From contig NC_043005.1 of NCBI RefSeq assembly GCF_006345805.1, positions 83,762,001 to 83,826,000 of the forward strand: a DNA stretch of 64,000 nucleotides, written 5' to 3'. Of the stretch, positions 12,533 to 24,464 are shown one piece after another. The DNA is from Octopus sinensis (taxonomy: Eukaryota). A program made the position numbers and the translations under genes. Within the stretch, counting starts at the first letter, position 1. Each line of letters opens with the position of its first letter. The notes beneath the pieces were generated by a model that had not been told where the DNA came from, made no database searches, and worked only from the letters and a program-made list of their open reading frames with translations.

Positions 12533-14260
12533 AGGTTATTTTAAAACCACTATGTACCTACATACCCAGTTTCATTCGGGATGACATCGATTCTATGTCC
12601 CATCTTCCCAAAACCACTGAAACAAATTCAATCCTACTAAGCTTTGATGTAGTAAGCCATTAAACCAATATCTCACATGGTTTAGGAATAAAGGTGATCA
12701 AATACTGGGTAGATAAACATAGGGAAGCAATTCCCAACTGATTCACAGTGACATTCATATTAGACTCAGTCAGACTTATTCTGGAAAACAGCACTTTCTT
12801 CTTCAATGGAAAGAACTACATCCAAATTAAAGGCACGGCTATGGGAACGAGGTTTGCTTCCGTTTATGCGAACTCGGTGATGGGATACTTAGAGCAAAAA
12901 CTCTACCAGAAAATAGAGGAGAGATACTGCACTGAATTTAGAAAGTATACTGAAAAAGCATGAAAGAAATACCTCGACGATTGCCTCATAATCTGGAAAA
13001 AATCTCAAGACACCGTGGAAGAATTCAACATCCTCCTGAACAACCTACACCCATCCATCCAATTTACAAAAAAGATGAGCAGTACCAAATTACCATTCCT
13101 AGATATAATGGTGATTAAAAAGAACACCGCCTTTACCACAGATATATATTATAAACACACAGATACACACCAGTACCTGAATTTTAAATCGTGCCATCCA
13201 CCGCATACAAAACGTAACATCCCATACTGCTTAGCCAGAAGAATCTGTACTATTGTAGAGGATCTAAAGGCCAGAAATCAGCACCTGATGGAACTGAAAG
13301 AATTTCTGCCAAACAAAAATACCCGTCCCTACTTATTGAAAATGGTATTCAGCGGGCTTTGAAGATACAACAACTGAGGACACCACAAAGAAGAGAAAAA
13401 CAAGAACAAATCATACCATTTATAGTGACACACAATCCATGCCACCAGAACATCTTCAATATCGCTAAAGCAAACTTGCCAATCATTGCACAAAGTAAGG
13501 AATTGAAAAATATAATTACAGATCAAACTCTCAGTAAGAGATAGCCTAAGAGCTTGAAAAAGTTAACAAAGGCAAGGTTTCACCTTAGCAACAAAAATCA
13601 ACCATTCACTATATCTAAATGCAATGATAACCGATGCGGTACATGCCCATTAATTCATACCGACCCATATATGAACACAAAAACAGGGAAAATATTCACA
13701 AACGCGAACATGAACTGCGAAAGCAGAAATGTAATCTACTGCATCAAATGCCCAAATTGTGAAGAGCTGTATGGTGGCCAGACAGGTGATGCACTATCAG
13801 AACGTTCGCGTGTGCATCGACAACAAATTAAAAACCCAGAAGTCTGCCAAATACCACTGAGTAACCATCTGGCAACATGCAGTCGGAAAAATTTTATGAT
13901 ATTCCCATTTCATAAACTTTACAACTTGAATGAAATTAGGAGAAAACTGAGAGAAAAGGACTTTATTAAGAAATTCAAACCCTAGCTTAACAAACAATGA
14001 TTAAATTAATCATATTTGGGTTTTAAAAATCTTATCCCTATAACTAAAACACAAAAAATCTCTAAAACGTACTGCTGTCATCATTTCTAAAAAGAAACAT
14101 TGAAAAATGGTTTGGCATCATTTTAAAAAATAGCCAAACAACTACTGGAACATATATAAAGGACAAAAGACAGCCAGTCTACTACAGTTGAAACATTCCT
14201 GTCACAACCTGGGACCTTGAAGACTGCTTAAATGCAAGAAAGTATACTAGTCCCTTAATA
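12533..14260 (+). mobile_element. Penelope-like retroelement (RT plus GIY-YIG), degraded
   Basis: LLSFDVVS, QIKGTAMGTRFA, YLDDCL, LPFLDI, HQYLNFKSCHP and GIY-YIG NVIYCIKCPNCEELYGGQT; hammerhead motif at the 3' end. Confidence 0.92.
14211..14254 (+). ncRNA. Near-canonical hammerhead motif downstream of the Penelope GIY-YIG ORF
   Basis: GGGAC-CTTGAAGA-CTGC ttaaat GCAA-GAAA-GTATAC-TA-GTCCC: perfect 5-bp stem I and palindromic stem III; the core has one extra T. Confidence 0.65.
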
Positions 14261-14529
14261 TGTTATATTCAACATTTCATCTATTCAATGCTTCATTTCA
14301 TTTTACTATATATACTATTTATACTATATATTCTATATTCTATTTATACTATATTCTATATACTATTTATACTATATATTCTATATTCTACATTAATATT
14401 ATAAATAATATAAATAAAACATAAAAAACAGACAGAATTGGAATTCCTTTGAATAATATATATTGACCTCGTGAGACCACTTGCATTTTTTTCCCTGTCC
14501 TCCCACCTCGGGATCTTTCTTTCTCCTAT

Positions 14530-14564
14530 GTTTCCGACGAAGAGCTCCGCTCGAAACGTCATAC
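14530..14564 (+). ncRNA. Minimal hammerhead-like motif in a Penelope-type terminal repeat
   Basis: GTTT-CCGACGA-A-GAGC tcc GCTC-GAAA-CGTC. U4C variant; related copies at 47394-47427, 7105-7138 and 7605-7638. Confidence 0.55.
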
Positions 14565-14801
14565 CCTCCTTCTTCCCTTTTTTCCTGAGCGCCTAATAAT
14601 ACTTTAATTGTTCCACCCCACCTCCTTGCGTTGTTGTCTTTTTTGTTTTCTTGTTTGGATTAACTTTATATATATATATATGCATGTTTATATATGCACG
14701 TACGCGCGCGTGTGTGTATATATTATAAATTCCCTCTTTATATCATCATCTTCGTAATTGTTGTCATCATATTTCCTCGTCATCATTCTTTCAAATTCTA
14801 G

Positions 14802-14971
14802 CTTCTGAAATATCTTCGGTGGAATAGAATGAAATCTTCCATTGTCATCCAAGTGGTATTTGCCGTCGGACTCATGATCACTTCTCTGCTGACGTACTTT
14901 GTGAGGACCTGGAAGCCGGTGGTGATCATAATATCAGTCCCGTCACTGGTGCTCGGTGTCGCCTATGTCTG
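14802..14971 (+). pseudogene. SLC22 gene A exon (TM5-6) with frameshift: ASEISSVE*/RMKSSIVIQVVFAVGLMITSLLTYFVRTWKPVVIIISVPSLVLGVAY
   Basis: Acceptor ttctag, donor gtaggt. The length of 170 bp is incompatible with the flanking phases (1 in, 2 out). In-frame TAG at 14825-14827; the SLC22-like sequence resumes in another frame. Confidence 0.85.
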
Positions 14972-15109
14972 GTAGGTATGCATGTGTGTATGGGTGGATG
15001 GATGGATGGATGAATGCATTTATACCTGTATGGTTACACAGATGTAAATATGGCTGGGTGTATGTATCAATACATGCATGTATGTACGTATGAGTAAATG
15101 AATGAATGG

Positions 15110-15588
15110 CGATGAGCTGGCAGAAACGTTAGCACGCCGGGCGAAATGCTTAGCGGTATTTCATCTGTCGAAAGTCAGAGAGCGGCAGAAACGTTAGCAC
15201 GTCAGGTAAAATGCTTAGCGGTATTTCGTCTGCCGTTACGTTGTGAGTTCAAATTCCGCCGAGGTCGACTTTACCTTTCATCCTTTCGGGGTCGATAAAT
15301 TAAGTACCAGTTACGCACTGGGGTCGATGTAATCGACTTAATACCTATGTCTGTCCTTGTTTGTCCCCTCTATGTCTAGCCCCTTGTGGGTAATAAAGAA
15401 ATAGGTATTTCGTCTGTCGTTACGTTGTGAGTTCAAATTCCGCCGAGGTCGACTTTGCCTTTTATCCTTTCGGAGTCGATAAATTAAGTACCAGTTACGC
15501 ACTGGGGTCGATGTAATCGACTTAATCTCTTTATCTGTCCTTGTTTGTCCCCTCTATGTTTAGCCCCTTGTGGGTAGTAAAGAAATAT
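15110..15588 (+). mobile_element. Compound SINE family B (duplicated head, full copy and tandem 5'-truncated copy)
   Basis: Repeated head and body; flanking ATGAATGAATGG at 15098-15109 and 15591-15602. Confidence 0.85.
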
Positions 15589-16575
15589 ATATGAATGAAT
15601 GGATGTGTGTGTGGATATGTAGGTGTATGATCAAAGAATCTCTGTATGTACGAATGTATGGATATCTCTATATATGTATGGCTGGATGTGTGTATGTATA
15701 TAAGTGTATATTGATGTATGTATGTATGTATGTATGTATGTATGTATGTATGTATGTATGTATGTATGTATGGATCAATGTATGTATGCATGTATGTACG
15801 TTTGAGTAAATGAATGTATGGTTGCATGGATTTATATATACGGACGTACTTAAGTATATGTGGGTGCATATATGTATATATGTATGGATGTATATAAGGG
15901 TAGATGAATGGATATGTGCATATGTGTATGTGTGTATGTGTTAGTGTGCACGTATGTGTATATGTATATACAACCCGTTACATAGATGGCGACTATACTT
16001 GCAACCCTAACAAGTTCGTTTGGGAAGTGGGGTGGGAGTGAAGAATGTTTATATTGGACACCCTCCAGGAAGAGAAGCAAAACCCGTCTAAGGACAGCTG
16101 GGAGTGAGAAACCCTTAACCTTTGTTTAGATATCTCTCTAGGGGGAGGAAAACTCTGATCTAACCCCTGTACCTTCGTTTGAATCCAATTATGTTGATTA
16201 GTTCTCCTTTTGGGGCAAAAGCATTCGATGTTTAGAGACGAGTAACTTAAGAAGCTTTAAATACAGGCTTCACCTGACTTTTAAACATCTTTATTAACAT
16301 CAAAGATGCAGGCGTGGCTGTGTGGTAAGATGTTTGCTTCCCAACCACATGGTTCTGGGTTCAGTCTCACTGTATGACATCATGAACAAATGCCTATCTA
16401 TCTACCAATCTATCTATCTACCAATCTATCGATCTACCAATCTCTGTCTGTTTGTATGTATGTATGTATGTATGTATGTATGTATGTATGTATGTATGTA
16501 TGTATGTATGTATGTATGTATATGTGTATGTATGAGAGTGTGTGTTCATATATGTGTGTGTATGTTCCGTTTTCT

Positions 16576-16961
16576 TTGTGGAGGCGCAATGGCCCAGTGG
16601 TTAGGGCAGCGGACTCGCGGTCGTAGGATCGCGGTTTCGATTCCCAGACCGGGCATTGTGAGTGTTTATTGAGCGAAAACACCTAAAACTTCACAAGGCT
16701 CCTGCAGGGGGTGGTGATGAACCCTGCTGTACTCTTTAACCACAACTCCCTCTCACTCTTTCTTCCTGTTTCTGTTGTACCTGTATTTCAAAGGGCCAGC
16801 CTTGTCACACTCTGTGTCACGCTGAATCTCCCCAAGAACTACGTTAAGGGTACACGTGTTTGTGGAATGCTCAGCCACTTGCACGTTAATTCCACGAGCA
16901 AGCTGTTCCGTTGACCGTATCAGCTGGAACCCTCATCGTCGTAACCGACGGAGTGCTCCTA
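16576..16961 (+). mobile_element. tRNA-derived SINE family C with 15-bp TSD (another copy at 42421-42748)
   Basis: TGGCCCAGTGGTTAG A-box, GGTTTCGATTCCC B-box, tail GTCGTAACCGACGGAGTGC; TSD TATGTTCCGTTTTCT. Confidence 0.85.
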
Positions 16962-16985
16962 TATGTTCCGTTTTCTATTTGCAAG

Positions 16986-17198
16986 TTTCCTAGACGAGTC
17001 TCCCCGATGGCTCCTCAATAAAAAGAGAACAAAAGATGCCAACTTAATTCTTAGCAACATCGCCAAACTGAATAAAACAGTTTTGCCTCAAACAGAAATC
17101 GTCAACATTTCCTCATCGAACAATAAAAAAGTAGAAATCTGGAAAATGTTTACCATTCCTCAGCTTCTAAAACGGACCCTAATTTTTATACTAAACTG
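16986..17198 (+). CDS. SLC22 gene A exon (intracellular loop): FLDESPRWLLNKKRTKDANLILSNIAKLNK...KMFTIPQLLKRTLIFILNW
   Basis: ESPRW motif, 213 bp, donor gtgagt, weak AAG acceptor (ttttctatttgcaag). Confidence 0.9.
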
Positions 17199-17235
17199 GT
17201 GAGTGATATTACAGTTACCATTTTCTGTGTGTTCT

Positions 17236-17636
17236 TTATCTTTTATCGTTTACTTGTTTCAGACATTTGACTGGTGCCATGCTGGGGCACCGCCTTGAAA
17301 AACTTTTACTTGAATTAATTGACCTCAGACTTTTTAAATCCTGGTGCTGATTTCATTGGTTTTTTAAACCATTAAGTTATGGGGACATAAACAAACCAAC
17401 AGAGGTTATCAGATAGTTGTAGGGGTAAAACACATAGATAAAGACCCACACATAGCTGTGTGTGTGTGTGTGTGTAAATATGATGAGCTACTTTCAGTTT
17501 CCATCTATCAAATCTACTCACATGGCTTTGGTCAGCCCATGATTAGGGTAGAAGACACTTGACCACGGTACCGCGCACTAGGATTGAACTTGGAGCCATG
17601 TAGTTGGGGAGCAAGCTTCTTACCACGCAGCCATGC
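17236..17636 (-). mobile_element. SINE family A (diverged)
   Basis: Reverse complement of family A. Confidence 0.75.
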
Positions 17637-17823
17637 ATGCACCTATATTGATCAGAATGATGCAGATATTTGTGGAAGTTTTCTTGCAAGAAATTCATGT
17701 GGAGTCAAACTTGAAAGAATATCAAAGATACTAAGTGTGCAAGGATGCTTACATGAAGATGAAATAAAGGAATTCTTTTTAGAACAAAGCAAAGAAGGAT
17801 AACATGAGAAGTAAAAACTTAGT

Positions 17824-18041
17824 TGACCCTTTTGATATCAACCCACATGAGAATGTCCCTTGTTGTATCATACAGACTTCCTGTTTGATCTAATTTGAAA
17901 ATTTCCATTAAAATTTCATGTTTATTTGTGTTCCAGTCTTAATTATGGGCACCTCATTTTATTAAATTCCTCATTATTTTGAAAATTAGTTGAAACAAAA
18001 CTAACGTATTTTAACAACACCATGGTAACGAAAGTGTTAAG
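17824..18041. mobile_element. Short TTAA/CCCTTT-terminated MITE (piggyBac-like); related fragments at about 28070-28260, 47730-47860, 49330-49950, 50220-50320 and 54640-54740
   Basis: Recurrent gttgaaatacac..ttcaattaattttgaaaataatgaagaatt sequence and AAAGGGTTAA ends. Confidence 0.55.
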
Positions 18042-18722
18042 TCAGAATAAGTTGTCTGAGTTCTAAAAGTAGGTTATAGAAGTATTGCCCATTCTCTGAC
18101 AGGTTTGTGGTCAAGCCTGCGTCAGTGGAGACGTCAAGCATTCTTAAGCCCTGAACCACATCCCTGCTCACCACTATCAGGGTGGAGACAGCTATCTGCA
18201 AGTGTGAGATCAGAGTGGCTGTTCCAGTGCATCTGGGGCAACACCATTTCTACTGTATCTGCTGGAATCTTGAGTTAAACTAACAAACTAATTTAGGTTT
18301 TTCTTTACAATGAGGAAGAGGAAGGATATGGTGATTCAGGCAAAGCTTCATCAAATTTAGAAAACTATTTCACTAAGAATTACCATTGGCTATCAAGTGT
18401 CAGACCACGAAATATTTTCTACTCCATAAACATAAACACTCTATACACACGTAAACTAACAAAGGTCACATATACCTACAAACCATTTATCCAGCGCACT
18501 AAAGTTGCCCCCATCAATTGGCTCTCATTGGCTAACTCTGTCTCAGCTGTTGAGTTGTCTATGTTAGACAGTTAGTTGTATAACTTTACTTGCTGTTGGT
18601 CTCAATGTTCAAATTATCATAATTCTCTCTAAGAAATTTTCGTAGCCATCTAACCAGTGTTTGGTCTGCAATTTTTGTGCATTTTTGTACATTGTATAAA
18701 ATATTTCATTTCTTTTCTATAG

Positions 18723-18949
18723 GGTGATTGTGAGCTTGGTATATTACGGCCTTACTCTTAATGTTGGCAAATTGTATGGCAATCTCTATATGATTTTTTT
18801 TTTGATTTCGGTTGTCGAGCTTCCGGGCCATGCTCTGTGCATCCTTCTGTTAAATCGTGTTGGAAGAAAAAATTTGCATACTAGCATGATGGTTTTGACT
18901 GGAGTCGCTTGTATTGCTGGAATATTTCCTGTCCTCTATGGCACTAAAG
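18723..18949 (+). CDS. SLC22 gene A exon (TM7-9): VIVSLVYYGLTLNVGKLYGNLYMIFFLISVVELPGHALCILLLNRVGRKNLHTSMMVLTGVACIAGIFPVLYGTK
   Basis: Acceptor ttctttctatag, donor gtaaac, 227 bp, YYGL, ELP and RVGRK motifs. Confidence 0.95.
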
Positions 18950-18993
18950 GTAAACGAATCATTATTATTGTTGTTGTTCTTGTTCTATTTGTT

Positions 18994-19029
<36 letters not shown>

Positions 19030-19046
19030 GTCATCATCATCATCAA

Positions 19047-19079
<33 letters not shown>

Positions 19080-19080
<1 letters not shown>

Positions 19081-21140
19081 GCCTTCTTTCTTCAAATTTT
19101 CTTCCGTTTCTCGCCGAGTGTTTTCCGTACACCTAGGTTAGAGAAGCTCATTGTATGCATTCCCAGATTACAAACGCAAATTCACAGGTAAAATATGTAT
19201 TTAAAAAATTAATAAATAAATATATTCATGGATGGATGTTATTTTCACAGCGATAATGCTCTTCTCACTATATGAGCCGTTCCACTTAATACGATTTTTT
19301 GCACTTCCTGTAGTGGTGGTAAGCCTGGTATCATTTTCAAATAGGTTTCAGTACCTTTTTTTATCATTCCTAGAGATCCTACAATCACTGGTACTGTAGT
19401 CGCCTTGAGATGCCACATTTTTTCAATTTCTATCAGCAAGTCTTTATATTTACTGATCTTGTCAAATTCTTTCGCCGCTATTTTGTGATCGCAAGGGATA
19501 CACATGTCAATTAATAAACACACCTTTTGTCTAATCTTTTATGATAATATCCGGTTTATTAGCTTTTATAGTCTTGTCGGTCTGTACGGGGAAGTCCCAG
19601 AGAATCGACACATTTTCTCCCTCAGTCACAGCTTAAGGATGGTGTTTATACCATTTGTCAGCGGTTCTGATTTTATAATGCCGACATATTGTCCAGTGAA
19701 AATATTGGCCGACTCTGTCATGTCTTGCTTTATATTCTGCAGGTGCTAAGACTCTACACCCTGAGATTAGGTGGTCTATAGTTTCAATCTCATCGTTACA
19801 GAATCGGCATTTTGGGTCAGCTCCATTTTTTATCACATTGGCTTGGTAGTACCGGTTAATAAGTTTTGGTCTTGAGCAGCTAATATGACACCTTCACTTT
19901 CTGATTTTAGCCCTGAGCTTCGTAGCCATTGGTGCGTGTGTTTCTGGTCGACATCAGCTTGTTTGCTACGGGCCACATACTTGCCATGCAGAGGTTTCTG
20001 TTCCCATCTCCTAGCTAATTTGCAATTAATTTATTTTTTTTACAGCAGCAGTTGGCGCATTTCCTTCAACCTGATCAATTCTGGTAGGTATCTAAGAGAT
20101 CAGTAGCGAATTGTTTGCTCTCTTTCAGAATAGAGTGAAGTTTTTCAGTCTTTCATACTAGCATGTCTTTCATACTAGTCTTTCATACAACAAGTTTTAG
20201 CATCCAATCATTGGTTGTTTCAAAGTATTTGGCCAGTCCGATTGTGGTGGTTTTGTACGTAAGTTCAAGCTGGATCAACTTCGTCCTCCCTGAGCTCTGG
20301 GAAGGTAAAGACGATCCACGTCTGCCTTTGAATGGTGCATCTTATTACAAGTCAGTAGCTTGCGGATTTTTCTGTCAATTTTCATTATTTCACTGGTATT
20401 CCAGTTAAGCACATTGAAGCTATAAAGAACAACTAGTACTGCTAAGGAATTTATGGCTAAAACCTTTTTATATGCATTCAGCTCAGACTTCAAGACTGCT
20501 CGAACTCTTCTATAACATTCCTTCCTAACATTCTCTTTCATGCTTGCATGCTTGATACCAGAGCCTTCATTTATTCCTAGGTATTTACAGGTTTGTTCCT
20601 GCTCAAGTTCCTTTATTAGTGTTTCGACATCTAATTCGATTAAACTTGACTTTACCAATTTCCCTTTCTTAAAAGTGGCTTTGGCACACTTTTCAAGGCA
20701 AAACTCCATCCCGATATCATCACTGAATTTTTTCACAGTATGTAGTAGTCCTTCAAGCTCTTCGTCATCTTTGCCATATAGTTTTAAATCATCCATATAA
20801 AATAGATGGCTTATTTTCCTGTTGTCAATTTTGTAGCCATAACCTGTTCTATTCAGTTCACTTGAGAGTGGTATTAGTGCTATGCATAAAATTAGTGGTG
20901 AAAATGAGTCACCTTGGAAAATTCCACAGTTATGCTAATATTGTTTGAGCGCAATACTCCATTAGAATGATTATATTGGATCTTCGTGTTCCATAGTGAC
21001 CTATTATACTTTAAAAAGTCTGAAATCACAGGAGAAATTTTGAAAATGTCCAGCGATTTCAGAATCCTCGAATGTGGTATACTGTCAAAGGCTTTTTTAT
21101 AATCAATCCATGAAGAGCTGAGATTATGAAGGGTTTTAAT
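19080..21140 (-). mobile_element. R4/Dong- or NeSL-like non-LTR retrotransposon (RT plus RLE), 5'-truncated
   Basis: WIDYKKAFDSIPH, YMDDLKLY, CRFC..ETIDHLISGC..YKARHD zinc knuckle and LLIDMCIP..KISKYKDL RLE. The 3' end abuts (TAA)n. Confidence 0.92.
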
Positions 21141-21313
21141 CAAAGAAATTTTAATTCTATTATTCTGTAAAATAATATTTAATTAGTTTAAATTTACACA
21201 AATGCATAAAAATAATTTTTAATTCCATTAGACATTCTAAAATACTATTAAATTTCATTCAATTTAAAAAAAACGTAAAATCGGACAGAACTTATGGAAT
21301 GACCTCACACATA

Positions 21314-21386
<73 letters not shown>

Positions 21387-21387
21387 T

Positions 21388-21745
21388 ATCTTTTATCTTT
21401 TACTAATTTCAAACATTAGAGCCCGGCCATGCTGAGGCACCACCTCGAAGAAGTTCTAGTCAAATGGACTCATTTTATAAAGCCTAATGCTTATTCTATC
21501 GGTCACTTTAACTGAACTTCTAAGTTACAGGGACGTAAACACACCAGTTGTCGAGGAATGAGAGGAGACAAACACAGACAATATAAAACGGATTTCTTTC
21601 AGTTTCATTTACCAAATCCACTCGCAAGGATTTGGTTGATTCGTGGTTATAATAGAAAATACTTTACCATGGTGCCACACGGTGGGGCTGAACCCAGAGC
21701 TATGGGGTTGGGAAGCAAACCTCTTACACAAAACAGCTGTGTCTG
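21388..21745 (-). mobile_element. SINE family A (diverged)
   Basis: Reverse complement of family A. Confidence 0.75.
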
Positions 21746-22783
21746 TGCCTGTTCAATATTAAATTTTATAACTCTCAAACAATACCAAACAGTTGGAAAC
21801 CTGTCAAGTAACTTTGGTGGGTCGTCTGCTAAGCTCTTCATCGCCTCTGGTTTCAATGAATACATTATTCTTTCTTTCACTATTTCTTTTTAACTTGTAT
21901 TTAAAAGAGACGTTGATTCAACATCATTTAAATGTTTGCGTCTAATTATCACAATTCTATATAGATATACAGTACAGACGACACATAAGTATGTGCACAT
22001 ATACATGTACGTGTGTGTTTGTGTGTATTTTGTTCCACATACGTCTTCAGTGGCTCTCCAAAATTGGCCATGCAGGCGTTTCTCTTCGACCTGACGTGCT
22101 CTCTTTGTATTTCATTTTTGTCCCTTTTCTCCCATTGCGCGCTTCATCGCATCTTCTCTTTTTTTACCTACCTTTTACCTCCATGACCCTGTGCATTCTT
22201 CCTATATCCCCTAGCGTGTGCTTCATTATCATTTCTCGGATTACCCAGAAAGTAGTACTCCATTACAGCGACTTCGTTTCTTTATCCATCTCCTTTTAGC
22301 ATTGCTTGATGACGACTGGGCCCACGCTGCTCACCCGTGGGGCACCCGCCGGGCGAGAAACCTTCACAAGGTGTCCCAGCCTCATTCGCACCGTTCTCAT
22401 TTCTATTTTCATTTGACATTTCAGCATTCATGATGAGGCTCAGTGAATTTTAGGTTGCACAACCCCCCAGAATATTTTTCTCCCGCAACACCATCGCTAG
22501 CAGTATCTCCACCCTACGATACAGGATTCCTGTAATCCTGGTTTAATTTTTGGAGTTTCTGGTGTTCAAGCGTTGTGATTGCTTCTGCCTCTTAGATGTA
22601 GTCATTGCCTCGTTCATTAAAATAAAATTGCCCCGCTTCAAGTTTGAATACGAGGAAGAAGGGGTGGGGTGGGAGGATGGTCGCATCCACCTCATGGCAA
22701 AGCGGTCTTCTCATTACAGGAATTTCAGTTCAATATAATTTTAGCTAGATATTAATATTTTGAGAAGATACACAAAATAAGAA

Positions 22784-22842
<59 letters not shown>

Positions 22843-23034
22843 TATTATTATTGTTGTTGTTGTTGTTGTTATTTGCAGTTGTTCTTTACTTGAACATGCT
22901 CCATAGCTTTCCTATCTCGTCTTGCAGTGGCTGGAATTTCTCACTCTTTTCTGTTTCCTTACATTTCATCCTATTATCATTATTATTATTATTATTATTG
23001 TTGTTGTTGTTGTTGTTGCTGCTGCTGCTGCTGC

Positions 23035-23068
<34 letters not shown>

Positions 23069-23199
23069 AATGTTTATACCAACAATTTATTTAGTATCTA
23101 TGGAGTTGAATCTATGCTTGTTAATCATATGTTGATCTTCAATTCATTATTTTTGCTATTATTTAGCTTAATTAAATAAGATTACTCGTTGTATTTATT

Positions 23200-24300
23200 C
23201 TTCATTTCCATCATATTTAATATTCTATCATTTCCAGGAATTTTATTAGTAATTTAATTCTGGATATAACAAAATTTGTCCTTATACCAAACTTCAGATA
23301 ATGCGTAGTTATAGTAAGTTTGATTTTGTGCAGATCGATCCTCATTAGCAGAAAGCCATGAAATACGATTTGATATATTTTTAACAATAGAGTCTATGAT
23401 GCTCCTAGAATGATTAGAAGTTTTACTCACTAACCTGAAGCACTCATTCGGTCTATGATACGGTCGGTGTAGTTCAGTACTGAAATCCACATGAAAGAAG
23501 TTACCCTTAGTATAATAATTTTCTCTCAAGTTAGAGAGGCCGAGATGCTTAAAGAATTGAAGAAGTTTTTTACGGAACCTTTCTAGATTAATCTTATTAG
23601 TCATATAGATAGGAAAAAGACCGTCATTTCTATATAGTCCACCCATAATTCAGGTCATTCAAAATGAATACAGATAAGAATGTAAATACCCACAAAATCA
23701 GTTACTTGAGTTGAGTCACTGAGCCCCATAGTAATGTCGAAATAATCGGTTTATTAGTCCGAGTTCAGTACTTTCCATCGAATTCAATTATGGTTTTCCC
23801 AGCCGTTAGTATTATATTAATTTCACACCGGTATGAATCTGAATTTTTCATTCCAAAGATTAAGGCGTTATTCAGTTGTATAGGGTTGATGGATGAGAGT
23901 AGTAATCTGATATATCCAACTGAATGAATTTAGTACGTTCTTTTTCATCCCTAATATTATTGAACCAATCAATTACTTCGAATGAATTAGACCACAAATA
24001 TAATTCAATATTTTGTCTAAACTTCGGAGTATGTTTAAATATAATAAATTTACTAATCTTACCAATATCTGATTTGAATGGCTTAAGTAGACTAACTGGG
24101 GATTGGTATTATGCAATTCTATGAATTTTAGTAAATGCACTTGGTATTCAAAGGATAGGAATATTAAGTATGATTTAATGGGGTCCACTATTAGTTACAC
24201 ACCATCGTACAATACTGGTAGTTTTAAACGTGATCTTTGCCTTGAGGTATTATATAATTACTTTTAAATAAATATCATAGAAATAGAAAGGTAATTTTAC
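23200..24300 (-). mobile_element. Penelope-like RT remnant
   Basis: GLYRNDGL, RPYHRPN..SNHSRSIIDSIVKNISNRIS and LLKPFKSDIG. Confidence 0.8.
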
Positions 24301-24464
24301 AATGAAATGTTCTCACAAATATAGAAAAGCATTTAAATACTTCAATTCTAAATAACTCATTAATTGTAATTGCTTTTCACATAATATGATATGCATATTT
24401 TTTTCTAATAATGTTAAGCATATTTTATAGATAGGTAACTAATTGTTGTGATGTAGGATTTTTA

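Noticed and set aside
16582-16655. tRNA-like sequence (also the heads of other SINEs)
   Set aside because: A and B boxes are present but the sequence continues into a SINE body with a TSD; no convincing cloverleaf.
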